From assembly GCA_964016885.1 (NCBI GenBank), contig OZ024752.1, positions 3,782,001 to 3,846,000 of the forward strand: 64,000 nt of DNA, written 5' to 3'. Made by a program: the position numbers and the translations under genes. This stretch comes from Eledone cirrhosa (lineage: Eukaryota). Below the pieces are notes generated by a model, which was not told the origin of the DNA, searched no databases, and was given only the letters and a program-made list of their open reading frames with translations. Positions 1 to 13,405 of this stretch are shown here, one piece after another (position 1 is the first letter of the stretch; each line of letters starts with the position of its first letter).

Positions 1-300
1 ATTCTAACTCAGAGTTTCTAGTTGCCGATCTACAGGAGATAATCGTTCGGAATATTCAGCTGCCAATCAATATTTAGATTCTGAAGAAAAGATAATAAAT
101 CATTTTATTTCACCGATTCTGCCACAAATATCTTGTATTTTTATTTCCATAAAGGTTTTTTTTTTTTTTTTGTATTATTATCATACTTTTATCAAGCCCT
201 TTTTTAAATAATACAAGCTCTAATTTATACTATTATTCATAAAATACTGCAAAAGACCATCTTTGCTTTGAAGATATGTTAAATTCATCTTTCACTCAGT

Positions 301-441
301 AATCTGTTGTACATTTTCTATAGGGTTTGGGACTGGAAAATGTCCAGGACGAAACAATATGTTAATTTAATGATGCTGGAGTATATTTTGGACTAATTTG
401 GCAGAATCTTCATAGGCATCATCATGCTGGACTATCGCCAA
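301..441 (-). pseudogene. Tc1-family (DD34E) transposase fossil, catalytic C-terminal part
   Basis: Manual minus-strand translation LAIVQHDDAYEDSAKLVQNILQHH*INILFRPGHFPVPNPIENVQQI resembles the Tc1 consensus FQQDNA..AK.V...L....I.VL.WP..SPDLNPIEN. There are exactly 34 residues between D (423-421) and E (318-316), with one in-frame stop. The decayed element may extend over roughly 1-1250. Confidence 0.65.
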
Positions 442-2119
442 CTTTGGTTTGGTAAGCCGTTGTATAAAGTAAAATGTTTCTCGAAAATTTATTCCGAGTA
501 ATATCGTAATTCATTGTAGAGAACACATAACCCAATAATGCCACTGGTACAAGACTCCAGTAGCATTATATTACCGGCTTAAAATAACCATCTTACTAAT
601 TATAGGTGATTTTCAGGGATATTCACGGCTACTTATGATGACTGGGTGGGAAGATGTAACATTTAATTCATCAAATTAACCATCCTGCTATACTACCGAC
701 TCTAAATAACCATCTTAATAATTATAAGGAATAGTTTCTAATATCTTCATGCGATATTCTCAGATATTTATGATGTCCGCCTTAATTCATTCAAGAAAAT
801 GTTTGATTCCTTTTTTTCTATGTAGTTCTAGAAAGTGATTATTGTCAGCATTACATTCCTTGCTTAATTAAAAGAAAAACGTAGTTTGATATCAGTGGAT
901 TGTGTCATAGGCCCTTCATACTATACTGCATTTTTTATGGCACCTTTCATTCGTTGTAGTTTCATTCTTCGTAATCAAAATAGGAGCGTTTACCATCGTT
1001 AAAGCTAGATTTATGAACCTGCTCATACAGCTTCATTTCAACTGGGAGTCTTTTTCGTATCGGGAATGTTGTTTTTTTTTACTTATATTTTGCTTAGCCA
1101 GGTTTTTCTTTATTTTTATTGACAATTACGTAATCAATAAAAAGTAGATAAGGTTTTAGGTTATCTTTCTTGGTGGTCTTTCAACTGTGGTCCTCATCAT
1201 CAATAGAAGGAGCTCTATTAGCTGTTGTGGGAGTCATAAAGCCTAAACATATACAGACCACGTACAATTTAATTCCATAAAAAGACATTAAAATTAGCAG
1301 GGACACAATTGAAAAAGCGTTTTAAGAAAATACTTGTCCTCATCAATTATTTTCATATTCACACACAACCTACTTACTGTTACGTCCCAACCTATGCAGA
1401 CGATACTACTGTTCATTAGACTAACTTGTTGCATCAGAGTGTTATCTACATGCAATCTACACATCATAGATTAGGTTAAAATTCCTTATATGCCCGTATG
1501 AGTATTCCCATGCTCAGACGTGCATACAAATACATACCGCAAAGAGCTGTGTACGTGTGTACTGGTCCCTCTCGATATAGCACAGGATTCTCTTTCAATT
1601 CTGCCCCTGCCTCCCGCTTAAAAGACGAATGACATATTGTTTAATGTGTTTGACTGTTTCATATTTTCATTATATTCTCTTAATTTCGGGGATGTTAGAC
1701 GCACGGTAATTCCGGTGTGGTTCATGAAGTTGTTCATGAGAGGGTTATATTCATGTTATTTCCGCTCTTATTTCACCAACAACTGAGGGCTTGGTAACAC
1801 TGATGCTATATATTACTATCAATAGCTTACATAATTCCCATTTTAGACTTGCTTTATCTGTCTCAAATCATAAAACAATCTATAATTTCGTATTATGAAG
1901 TCAATATCGGAAGCGAAGATGTCAGCCTTATTAAGAAATCCATAGTTGCATGTTATGTTAAGTGACTTATATAACCTCCACATCTTGCTAACTTCTGTAT
2001 GTATAATATATATTAGAGACAAGTAATTATAGAGAGTTTATATTGCTGTATCACGCTACGTAAATGTAGATAAAGTTATAACATGTTTATTCAAAGAGAG
2101 ACTTAGTTAATGTTAATGA

Positions 2120-2250
2120 AATCTACTTTGACTTTCAACTTTGCAGTGATCGATAAATTAAAGAACCAATCATGTATTGGGGACGAGTCAATCTACGTGT
2201 CTTTCCCATCAAAGTTGCTGTCCGAGTGTCGAAACTAGAAGTCATTATTT
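2120..2250 (+). mobile_element. Old, degenerate copy of tRNA-derived SINE family A (3' half)
   Basis: ctttgactttcaactttgcagtgatcgataaattaaagaacca...gaaactagaagtcattatt resembles the family A body and tail. Confidence 0.45.
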
Positions 2251-2260
2251 AATAACATAG

Positions 2261-2450
2261 GGCGGTGGATTGGCAGTATCGGTAGAGGGTCGGACGATAT
2301 GCTTTCCAGCATAGTTACGTCCCTTTACGATCTGAGTTCAAATCCCACCGAGGTTGACTTTGCCTTTCATCCTTACGGGGTCGATAAAATAAAGTACCAG
2401 TAATGCACTGGGTAATTGCTGGCCTTGTGCCTAAAGTAGAAACAATTATT
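2261..2450 (+). mobile_element. tRNA-derived SINE family A
   Basis: Pol III A box TGGCAGTATCGG, B box GAGTTCAAATCC, conserved body gcctttcatccttacggggtcgataaaataaagtaccag and tail gtagaaacaattatt. More than 10 similar copies occur in the window. Confidence 0.9.
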
Positions 2451-2460
2451 TAATAACATA

Positions 2461-2670
2461 GGGTGGTGGATTGGCAATGTCGTAGAGCGTCGGACACCAT
2501 GCTTTGCAATATAGAGTTACGCCCCTTTACGTTCTGAGTTCAAATCCCGCCAGATTAGCTTTGCCCTTCATCCTTACAGGGTCGATAAAATGAAGTACCA
2601 GTAACGCACTGGGGTCGATTTGATCGGATCCCCCCCCCCCCACTTAAAACTATAGTAGAAACAATTGTTT
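2461..2670 (+). mobile_element. tRNA-derived SINE family A
   Basis: Same A box, B box and body; head-to-tail with the previous copy. Confidence 0.9.
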
Positions 2671-3136
2671 TATAACATCCTTTATATTTAGTTTCTTGCT
2701 GAAATTTCGATTCCTACCTTGTTAAATTTGTATTTCAGTAGTACTGTTAGTATTTCCTATATTAAATATTAGTAATTATAAAAACCTCTACGAATATCTT
2801 GTATATAGAGTCATAACTGAATTTATAATAATTTGGATATGATTTTGTTTACATTTGATCTCCAAATAAAACCCCAGCTTTTACATTTCTAGAGAATCGA
2901 CGAAGCCGTAGATATGCTATTAACTACAAACAAATATGTTTTGCATTTTTCCCATCGTAAACACTCTAAAGTTTTTGTGTTTTTGTGAAGGTCTTTTCAG
3001 AATACTCAGTATAAATGGATGTATTGTGTGAGGTCGGTGAGCAGCGTTAGAACCAGTGGCAAATTACCACATCCACATGCCCTATACCGTTGGCGTATGA
3101 ATAAAAAATAATTCTATAATGTTTCTCTGTTATTGT

Positions 3137-3310
3137 GTAGAGGGTCGGACGCCATGCTTTGCAGCAAAGAGTTACGGCCCTTTATGATCTGAGTTCAAAT
3201 AACCACCGAGGTTAAATTTGCCTTTCATCCTTACGGGGTCGATAAAATAAAGTACCAGTAATACACTGGAATAATTGCTGGGGCCTTGTGTCAAAAGTAG
3301 AAACAATTTT
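3137..3310 (+). mobile_element. SINE family A, slightly 5'-truncated
   Basis: gtagagggtcggacgcc...gagttcaaat...gtagaaacaatt. Confidence 0.88.
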
Positions 3311-3344
3311 TAACAACTACATGGCCCAGACCCATAAAGTAAGC

Positions 3345-3538
3345 CAGTCATTTGAAGGGAAGAGGAAAGTCGATTAAATCGACCCCTGTATATTACTGTA
3401 CTTTATTTTATCGACCCCGTAAGGATGAAAGGCAAAGCTAACCACGGCGGGATTTGAACACAGAACAGAAAGGGACGTAACACTATGTCGTGAAGCCTGG
3501 TGTCTGACGCTCTAAAGATGCTGCCAATCCATCGCCCT
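3345..3538 (-). mobile_element. SINE family A, tail-to-tail with the 3137-3310 copy
   Basis: Reverse complement of the family body: ctttattttatcgaccccgtaaggatgaaaggcaaag...gatttgaac...tgccaatcca. Confidence 0.88.
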
Positions 3539-4034
3539 GTTTCAAATCTAAACTATAATAAAGTAAGAAGCGTAGGATTGCGTACGGTTTATAATTGTTT
3601 ATCCCCTTAGTAAAATAAGTTGGATTACTTTGAATAAATAATGAATAAATATTACATAATTTATCTACTAAATTTCATGGCTGTTCATTAAATATATTAT
3701 TTATGTTCATTAAATATATTTTATTATTTTAAAATTTTCAAATGTCAACACTTCCGGTGGCGATCGCTTAAATAAATACTCATATATTTCCGTCACTAAT
3801 TTTCTCTTAATGCAGTTTATATATAATATCGTCTTTTTTTTAATGTATTATGGATTACATTACTGATTAAATAAGACAGTGTAACACATTCTTCGTTCAA
3901 TTTCTGTGTATATTGTCAATTACGATTTTATTTGATGTATCATATCTACATGCATATATACTTGCATAAAATATCAATATACACACTACATATACTAGCA
4001 GAAAACCACCCCAAGGGTGATTTTTCTGCTAGTA

Positions 4035-4205
4035 ATAATTGTTTCTACTTTTGGCACAAGGTCATCAATTATCCAGTACATTACTGGTACTTTATTTTAT
4101 CGACCCCGTAAGGATGAAAGGCAAAGTTAACCTCGGCGAGATTTGAACTCAGATCGTAAAGGGAAAGCATGTCTGAGTAGTTACCGATACTGCCAATTCA
4201 CTGCT
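4035..4205 (-). mobile_element. SINE family A with 14-bp TSD
   Basis: Reverse complement of the family body, flanked by ctgctagtaataat at 4026-4039 and 4204-4217. Confidence 0.88.
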
Positions 4206-4209
4206 GCTA

Positions 4210-4246
<37 letters not shown>

Positions 4247-4934
4247 CGTTATGTTAAAGAAACCATCTATTTAAACTATAGTGAAACTCTTAATAAGAGG
4301 ATAGATTTTTCTTTCTTGTACAAGGAATTATACAAGCTTTGATTAAGTGCCGAGCCCTATACCTCTGTCACATTTGATTTTCGATAGAATCTTATTTCTG
4401 TGCCCTTCAATTGCCAACAATATCCAGTGCTGGCTATCTGGTTGATTTGAGAACTTCATTGAATTCGTCCACTTACAAAATTCAACGCTCTCTCCACTGA
4501 CAGATCCTATATTCTTTTAATATCTCCTACTATTACTATAACAGCATCTGGTTCTGAAACCATACTTATCTCAATTTCAATTCATTCATTCAGAATATCT
4601 TCTAGCAAATTCATGTTCAAACCATTCCTGTTGAATTACCGTCCAATGTCTCCTATTTAATTTTTTTTTTCTTTCTTTAAAATGTGCCCTTCTTTGCTGT
4701 TCAGGTCTCTTCCAACTAAATCACAGTATGATATAAACCCCCGCCAACACACACACCTCCACTACACAAAAAATAGCTTCTCCAAATATATAAAATATGT
4801 TTTCAATTATTATTTTGGTGTGTGAATTGTTGATGGTAATATATTATAATTTGGCAATTGCATCATAATTCAAAGGTTAAACATTCTATAATAATTTAAC
4901 ATTTCATTACTATTATTATTCTCTTTATAGTTGG

Positions 4935-5165
4935 TGGGGTGAGGGGGCAATATCAGTAGAGCGTCGGACAATATGTCTTGCGGCATATAGTTACGTTTCA
5001 TTACGTTCTGAGTTCAAATCCCACGGAGGTTAGCTTTGCCTTTCATCCTCACGGGGTTGATAAAATAATGCACCAGTAATGCACTGGGGTCTATGACTTT
5101 TCCCTTCCCTACAAGTTGCAGGCCTTGTGCCTTAAGTAGAAACAATTATCATTATTATCATTATC
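4935..5165 (+). mobile_element. SINE family A
   Basis: B box gagttcaaatcc, family body and an (ATT/ATC)n tail. Confidence 0.87.
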
Positions 5166-5383
5166 ACTAAGGATGCAGACCTTGCAGGAGCTATTACAAA
5201 TGAGCACCGTCTCGAGACAGCAGTAACGACTTACATGTTTCATCAGGAACCCTTCATAGGCAGTGCCCACATTTCTACCCTCACTAGCACTGCCAGAATT
5301 CTGCACGATGTATTGAGTCTTTGAGACTCACATCGCAACCGATTACTAAAGAAACATTACAAACAAAATTAGTATTATTAATG

Positions 5384-5575
5384 AGGTGGATTGGCAGTAT
5401 CGGTAGAGGGTCGGACGCCATGCTTTGATGCATAGAGTTACAGCCCTTTCCAATCTGAGTTCAAATCCCGCCGAGATTAACTTTGCCTTTCATCCTTACG
5501 GGGTCGATAAAATAAAGTACCAGTAATGCAATGGGTAATTTGCTGGCCTTGTGCCAAAAGTAGAAACAATTATTA
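5384..5575 (+). mobile_element. SINE family A with 12-bp TSD
   Basis: Full copy flanked by attattaatgag at 5374-5385 and 5569-5580. Confidence 0.9.
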
Positions 5576-5587
5576 ATGAGAGCAGCA

Positions 5588-5795
5588 GGGCTGTGGATTG
5601 GCAGTATCGGTAGAGGGCCGGACGCTATGCTTTGCAGCATAGAGTTAGGTCCCTTTATGATCTGAGTTCAAATCCCGCCGAGGTTAACTTTGCGTTTCAT
5701 CCTTACGGGGTCGATAAAATAAAAGTACCAGTCCCTTCCCCAAAATTACTGGTCTTGTGCCTATACTAGAAACCATTATTATTATTATTATTATC
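5588..5795 (+). mobile_element. SINE family A
   Basis: Copy with an (ATT)n tail, immediately downstream of the previous copy. Confidence 0.9.
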
Positions 5796-6121
5796 GATTT
5801 CCACCAAGAGTAGCTATTACCTTGACCGACAAACATTTAAAGAAGTCTGTTCTTCGATTCCAATAACAGCAGTGTATAGATTTTGTTAACTCAGGGATAT
5901 TTTAACAGAGGATATATTTACCGAAACCCAATTCTAACAGATCAGCAATAATTCATAAAAGAAAAGTGGAAAATGAATGGAAGGGTTAAGGGAATAAAAT
6001 GTAAGACATATTCCTTTGAAATAAATGTTTAGATGGGAACACTTTATGATGCAAGTATATTCTTCAAAGAGCTACATTGACAAGCAGTCTCATATCAAAA
6101 ACAACTTCAGTAAAGGAATAT

Positions 6122-6122
6122 T

Positions 6123-6166
<44 letters not shown>

Positions 6167-6302
6167 CTACTAATACCACCACCATCACTAGCAGCACCAA
6201 TACTATTATTACCACAAACATTAATACTACTACTACTACTACTACTAATACTAATACTACCAGCAACACTAGCAACACCACTACTATTATTACCACAAGC
6301 GT

Positions 6303-6346
<44 letters not shown>

Positions 6347-6355
6347 TAATTACCA
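6122..6355. repeat. (ACT)n / (ACC)n degenerate trinucleotide repeat
   Basis: Directly visible; it generates the poly-T, poly-L, poly-S and poly-V ORFs. Confidence 0.95.
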
Positions 6356-6513
6356 TTCAATACAACCAAGACCTGGAGGTTTTGTGGCTTTATGCCAATA
6401 ACAGCATCAGAGATTTCGTCAACTCAGCAAAACGTTATCAAAAGATGTCTTCAAAACAAGATGGTTCCAGAAAATCGAACAACATTGATAAATAAATGAA
6501 CAATACGCGTATA

Positions 6514-6628
6514 TATACATACATACATACATACATACATACATACATACATACATACATACATACATACATACATACATACATACATACATACATACAT
6601 ACATACATACATACATACATACATACAT
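6514..6628. repeat. (ACAT)n microsatellite
   Basis: Perfect tetranucleotide run. Confidence 0.97.
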
Positions 6629-7053
6629 AATTTGCCCAATATTTCCTTTAGGGTGAGCAGTTTAGTGAACTATTCTGATGATGTACAAAAGGAATCCTGC
6701 AAATCTTTAATCGAATAATATCCGTAATATCAACTACAACCACAACACCAATAATGAGGAAAAGGACTACAACGACAACAACGATGACAAGAAAGACCAC
6801 ACCGCTTCATGTCAAACTGGATCCCTACTAAGCATAGTATACATTTATAGATTAAGTCCTATAAAACTGAGAGAGGTTACTTCTTGTGCTGGTTTACTGG
6901 ATTTTGTTGTCTTTAACTAAACGAACAAATGAATAAATAAATAAGGAAATAAATATATAAGTAAATCAATAGCTTTGAAAGAGGGAATGAAATAAAATTG
7001 TTTGGAACATGGTTAATGTATAATAGTTTCTGATTTTGTATCATAACTAAAAT

Positions 7054-7262
7054 ATAATGGTTTCTGATTTAGGCAGAAGGCCAACAATTTTGGGGTAGGG
7101 GAAAGCCGATTAGATCGACTCAAGAGCGTTACTGATTCTTTATTTTATCGAGTCAGTAAGGATGAAAGACAAAATTAACCTCGGCGGGATTTGAAATTAG
7201 AATATAAAGGGTCATAACTCTATGCCATGAAGCACATTGTTCAACGCTCTAACGATACAGCC
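7054..7262 (-). mobile_element. SINE family A, diverged
   Basis: Reverse complement of the body: tttattttatcgagtcagtaaggatgaaagacaaaattaacctcggcgggatttgaa. Confidence 0.8.
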
Positions 7263-8087
7263 TCACTAACGCCGGTGCGATTTGAACACAGAACGTAAAG
7301 AGCCCTAATTTTGAGAATTGTTTTTGTTGGTTTTCTCTTGATACTGTTTGTTTGAAGAGATCTATGATAAGGCGATTTGAAGCATGAACGTTCTTTTGTT
7401 GTATTGGGTGTGAAGTGTCAAGGACTACTTCCACTTTTTTCATAAGTCGTTGGGGTGAGATTTAAATACAAATTGGCAACTATTTCTCATAATTCATAGA
7501 GGCGCTCACACATACACGTGAGGTTTTCGCTGGTCTCGTTGTTGATTTTAGTCCCATGTCAGATTTGATATAGCAGGGTTTGGTAAAATTTGTCAAATAT
7601 CTGATGATACTCTCTAAATTTAAGGTATAGTTTGTTTCGTATTACATTTCTCAAAATGTCCTTTATGTGTATTAGAGCATTCTATTTCTATAAAGTTTTT
7701 TAGGCAGAAACGGTCATTGACTAAGAAGTGTTGCATCTCCTTACCCACGAGTGATGTCGATCTGGTTAATGTTTTGTTTGAACTTCTTCAGGGTGTATTC
7801 TGTCGAAAACAACGTGAAAATTTATTGAACGAAGATTTATTTGCCTTCTGTTTTATCAAGAAACAAACAACTTTTGGTAATTTCCTTGGCAACCACTATG
7901 TGTTTTGTCAAGTATTTATCAAGGTGATTTCCCGTTGCATTCCTTCATGTATGTTTTAACAAAATACCTTCTTGGTAGCGAGATACAAACAAGTTCGTCA
8001 CAGCTGCCTGAACATTGACGACATAAACAGCCAGAACAAATAATTCAAAGCATTTCATTCAAAGCTCTAAGAATTTTTCTAATTCAA

Positions 8088-8204
8088 CACTTTTTTTCAT
8101 CGACCCTAAAAGCATAAAAGGTAAAGTTAATGTTGGCATAATTTGAATTCGAAAAGTAATGAGCCAGAAAAAATACTCAAACGATTTAGAAAATTAGCCG
8201 CCCT
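8088..8204 (-). mobile_element. Old degenerate SINE family A fragment
   Basis: catcgaccctaaaagcataaaaggtaaagttaa...atttgaattc. Confidence 0.5.
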
Positions 8205-8753
8205 GCAAGATCTCAATGGAAGCGAGTAGATACACAGAATAGAACGCGAGAGAAGGAAAAGTATTTGATGTTAGTCGAATCTACTTAAAATATGCAGTGG
8301 TTTTGTAGTAGTTTTTAGTGGAAGAGATGGTTTGAAACTGTACATCTGTTGGATAGGAAATATTGTGGATGAGTTGCATGCATGGTCTTGTTATTTTTTA
8401 TGTTATCACTGAGATTTTGGCCAAGACCAACCTCGAATAAGTGGACATACCAGCCGTAGCTATCACATTTTTAATTATACTAGGATCGCATTTTATATAT
8501 ACTAATGTCTAGTTTTACAATGTTGGCTAATTATTTGTAGGACTTTGCTCCTATTTCTAGCAGCTCTAAGGATTATGTAGCTGTATCGTTGGCAGATGTT
8601 CTTGAAGGTCTGTGTATATAGCAGTAGGAACAGCAAAAGCAAACCAGATATGGAAGGAGCAGCACAGTCGGCTGAAAAGTTCCAAGGCTGACTATGACGG
8701 AGTGAAACTAGTGCCGCGAAATATTGCATGCATTAATTCCAATTGTTATTAAT

Positions 8754-8962
8754 TACTTTATTTTATCCACCCCGTAAGGATGAAAGGCAAAGTTAACCTG
8801 GACGGCATTTGAACTCAGAATGGCAAGAGTTACGGCCCTTGCCATTCTGAGTTTAAATCCCGCCCAGGTTAACTTTGCCTTTCATCCTTACGGGGTCGAT
8901 AAAATAAAGTACCAGTAATGCACTGGGTTATTGCTGGCCTTGTGCCTAACGTAGAAACAGTT
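8754..8962 (+). mobile_element. SINE family A insertion with 5' fold-back inverted duplication
   Basis: Arms at 8754-8827 and 8838-8911 with a 10-nt loop. The whole structure is flanked by gttattaattact at 8745-8757 and 8960-8972. Confidence 0.9.
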
Positions 8963-9731
8963 ATTAATTACTGCATTACTTCCTTCCAACAACTGTATTG
9001 AAACATAAACCTCATTTGGTCGACTCATGAGAGTATCTTGGTCAACCTATGAACATTTCCGCCTACAAACTATTCAACTGACCATCGTACATCAATGCCA
9101 GTCTTATATTATCTTTGTACAGTGTCACAATCTGAGCGAAGTCGAAGTATTCACTGGGCACGAACGGAAATGTGTAATAGTTCAGCTACAGGTCTAACAG
9201 TGTTTTATATGAGAACAGCTTGGGACAAAGCCAGACACTTGCATACGTGTGAGTTTCTACTAAATTGCAAACTATACAGGCAACTAATTGATATATACTC
9301 ATGTATAAATTCTAATAACAACATATAATATACAATGATAATTATAAAATCTATCAAAATGAGAAACTTTCACGCAAATATTTTAAAATATTGTCGGCAT
9401 AAGCATGTATAAATATAAATTGATATATATTGTCTCCGTGTGTATAAACACACACGTACACGCATACAAAACTTGCGTATGCACATATACAAACATACAC
9501 ACCCAGACACAAACATTTCCACACACACTCCACATTGTAGATGCATTGATCTTTATATCTATGGTATTTTAATCAGCACAGTCATTTCTCTAAGTACTCA
9601 TTTCAATGCGTATCATGTTTTAAACTGAGGCGTTCACAAACTAATCGCTTGTTGGCAGGAAATATTATATTTGAAATAAGTAGAATATTTATCAATCAGT
9701 CCAGTCATACACACATACAGACATGTACAAA

Positions 9732-11513
<1,782 letters not shown>

Positions 11514-11562
11514 AAATAAAGTTAAATAAAAGTCAAATGATTAAAATTTAGCTTCGTTTATT

Positions 11563-11617
11563 ACTGCTATATATATTTCAGTGACAGCCATCTTTGGCTG
11601 TGATCTCTTCAGGCAGT
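11563..11617 (-). ncRNA. Minimal type-I hammerhead ribozyme motif (inverted copy)
   Basis: Reverse complement of 12317-12371. Confidence 0.6.
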
Positions 11618-12316
11618 TTGAATTAGTATGGTATAGACAAGTACATATGTTGTTTAGGTGTATGATATTGTCAATACTCTGATATGCCCAGTTCCTTGTT
11701 GGGTTGTTAATTCACTGGGGAACTGGAGTCATATGAATTCAAACAAACGAATTTTCGTGTCACAGGTCCCCTTCTCCTCTCTTCATCCCACCCGCCACCA
11801 CTACGATGGTGGCGGGTGGGATGAAGAGAAAACACAAACTGGATACTTCTAAATTGTTAGCAGCAGCAAGATATAAGCTGACCACTACAACAACAACAGT
11901 ACCAAAATAATGGTGGAGGTCAAATGTACTGAACAATAGCAGGCAAAAACACTACAGGGAGCCTCACCCCAGAAAGAATTCTATAGAATTCTGACTGAGG
12001 AATGCTCTCAGAACTGAACAATGGGAAGTTTGACACATTTTTTGATATTTTGTTCCTTCAACACCTTGTCCCTTCTACCATTTTATCAATTTTTAAGCTA
12101 ACTCCAACAATAACAACACTTAGAATGAAGAATGTTCTAATAACTGACCAATGAGAGGAGAAGGGGACCTGTGACACGAAAATTCGTTTGTTTGAATTCA
12201 TATGACTCCAGTTCCCCAGTGAATTAACAACCCAACAAGGAACTGGGAATATCAGAGTATTGACAATATCATACACCTAAACAACATATGTACTTGTCTA
12301 TACCATACTAATTCAA

Positions 12317-12371
12317 ACTGCCTGAAGAGATCACAGCCAAAGATGGCTGTCACTGAAATATATATAGCAGT
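12317..12371 (+). ncRNA. Minimal type-I hammerhead ribozyme motif
   Basis: actgc-CTGAAGA-gatc acagcca aaga tggctgt cact-GAAA-tatata-TA-gcagt. Stem I is actgc/gcagt, stem II is acagcca/tggctgt with an imperfect base, stem III is palindromic, and AATAAA follows at 12372. Confidence 0.6.
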
Positions 12372-12519
12372 AATAAACGAAGCTAAATTTTAATCATTTG
12401 ACTTTTATTTAACTTTATTTTACACTACTCCGGAGTAACCAAACCAACCTGCGAACTTCGTCGAGTGCTCCAGCCTGCATACTGAGGTGTTGGTATACAA
12501 CCAACATAAAGTCAAAATC

Positions 12520-13315
<796 letters not shown>

Positions 13316-13405
13316 ACTTAACTTTGAATAACTTTGAAATGTTTTGGCCAGTATTGGCCCAGGCCATGTCTAACTTAATAGCACCACCTGGCGAAGTCTT
13401 TCAAT

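Noticed and set aside
2261-2350. tRNA genes
   Set aside because: The A and B boxes belong to SINE heads; there is no cloverleaf, and a SINE body follows in every copy.
5170-5335. R4/Dong-like LINE C-terminus (GSAHI, STARILHDVL)
   Set aside because: Similarity is too short and degenerate to support without a database search.
6025-6495. Mucin-like Thr-rich ORF
   Set aside because: Explained by the (ACT)n microsatellite; open in several frames on both strands.
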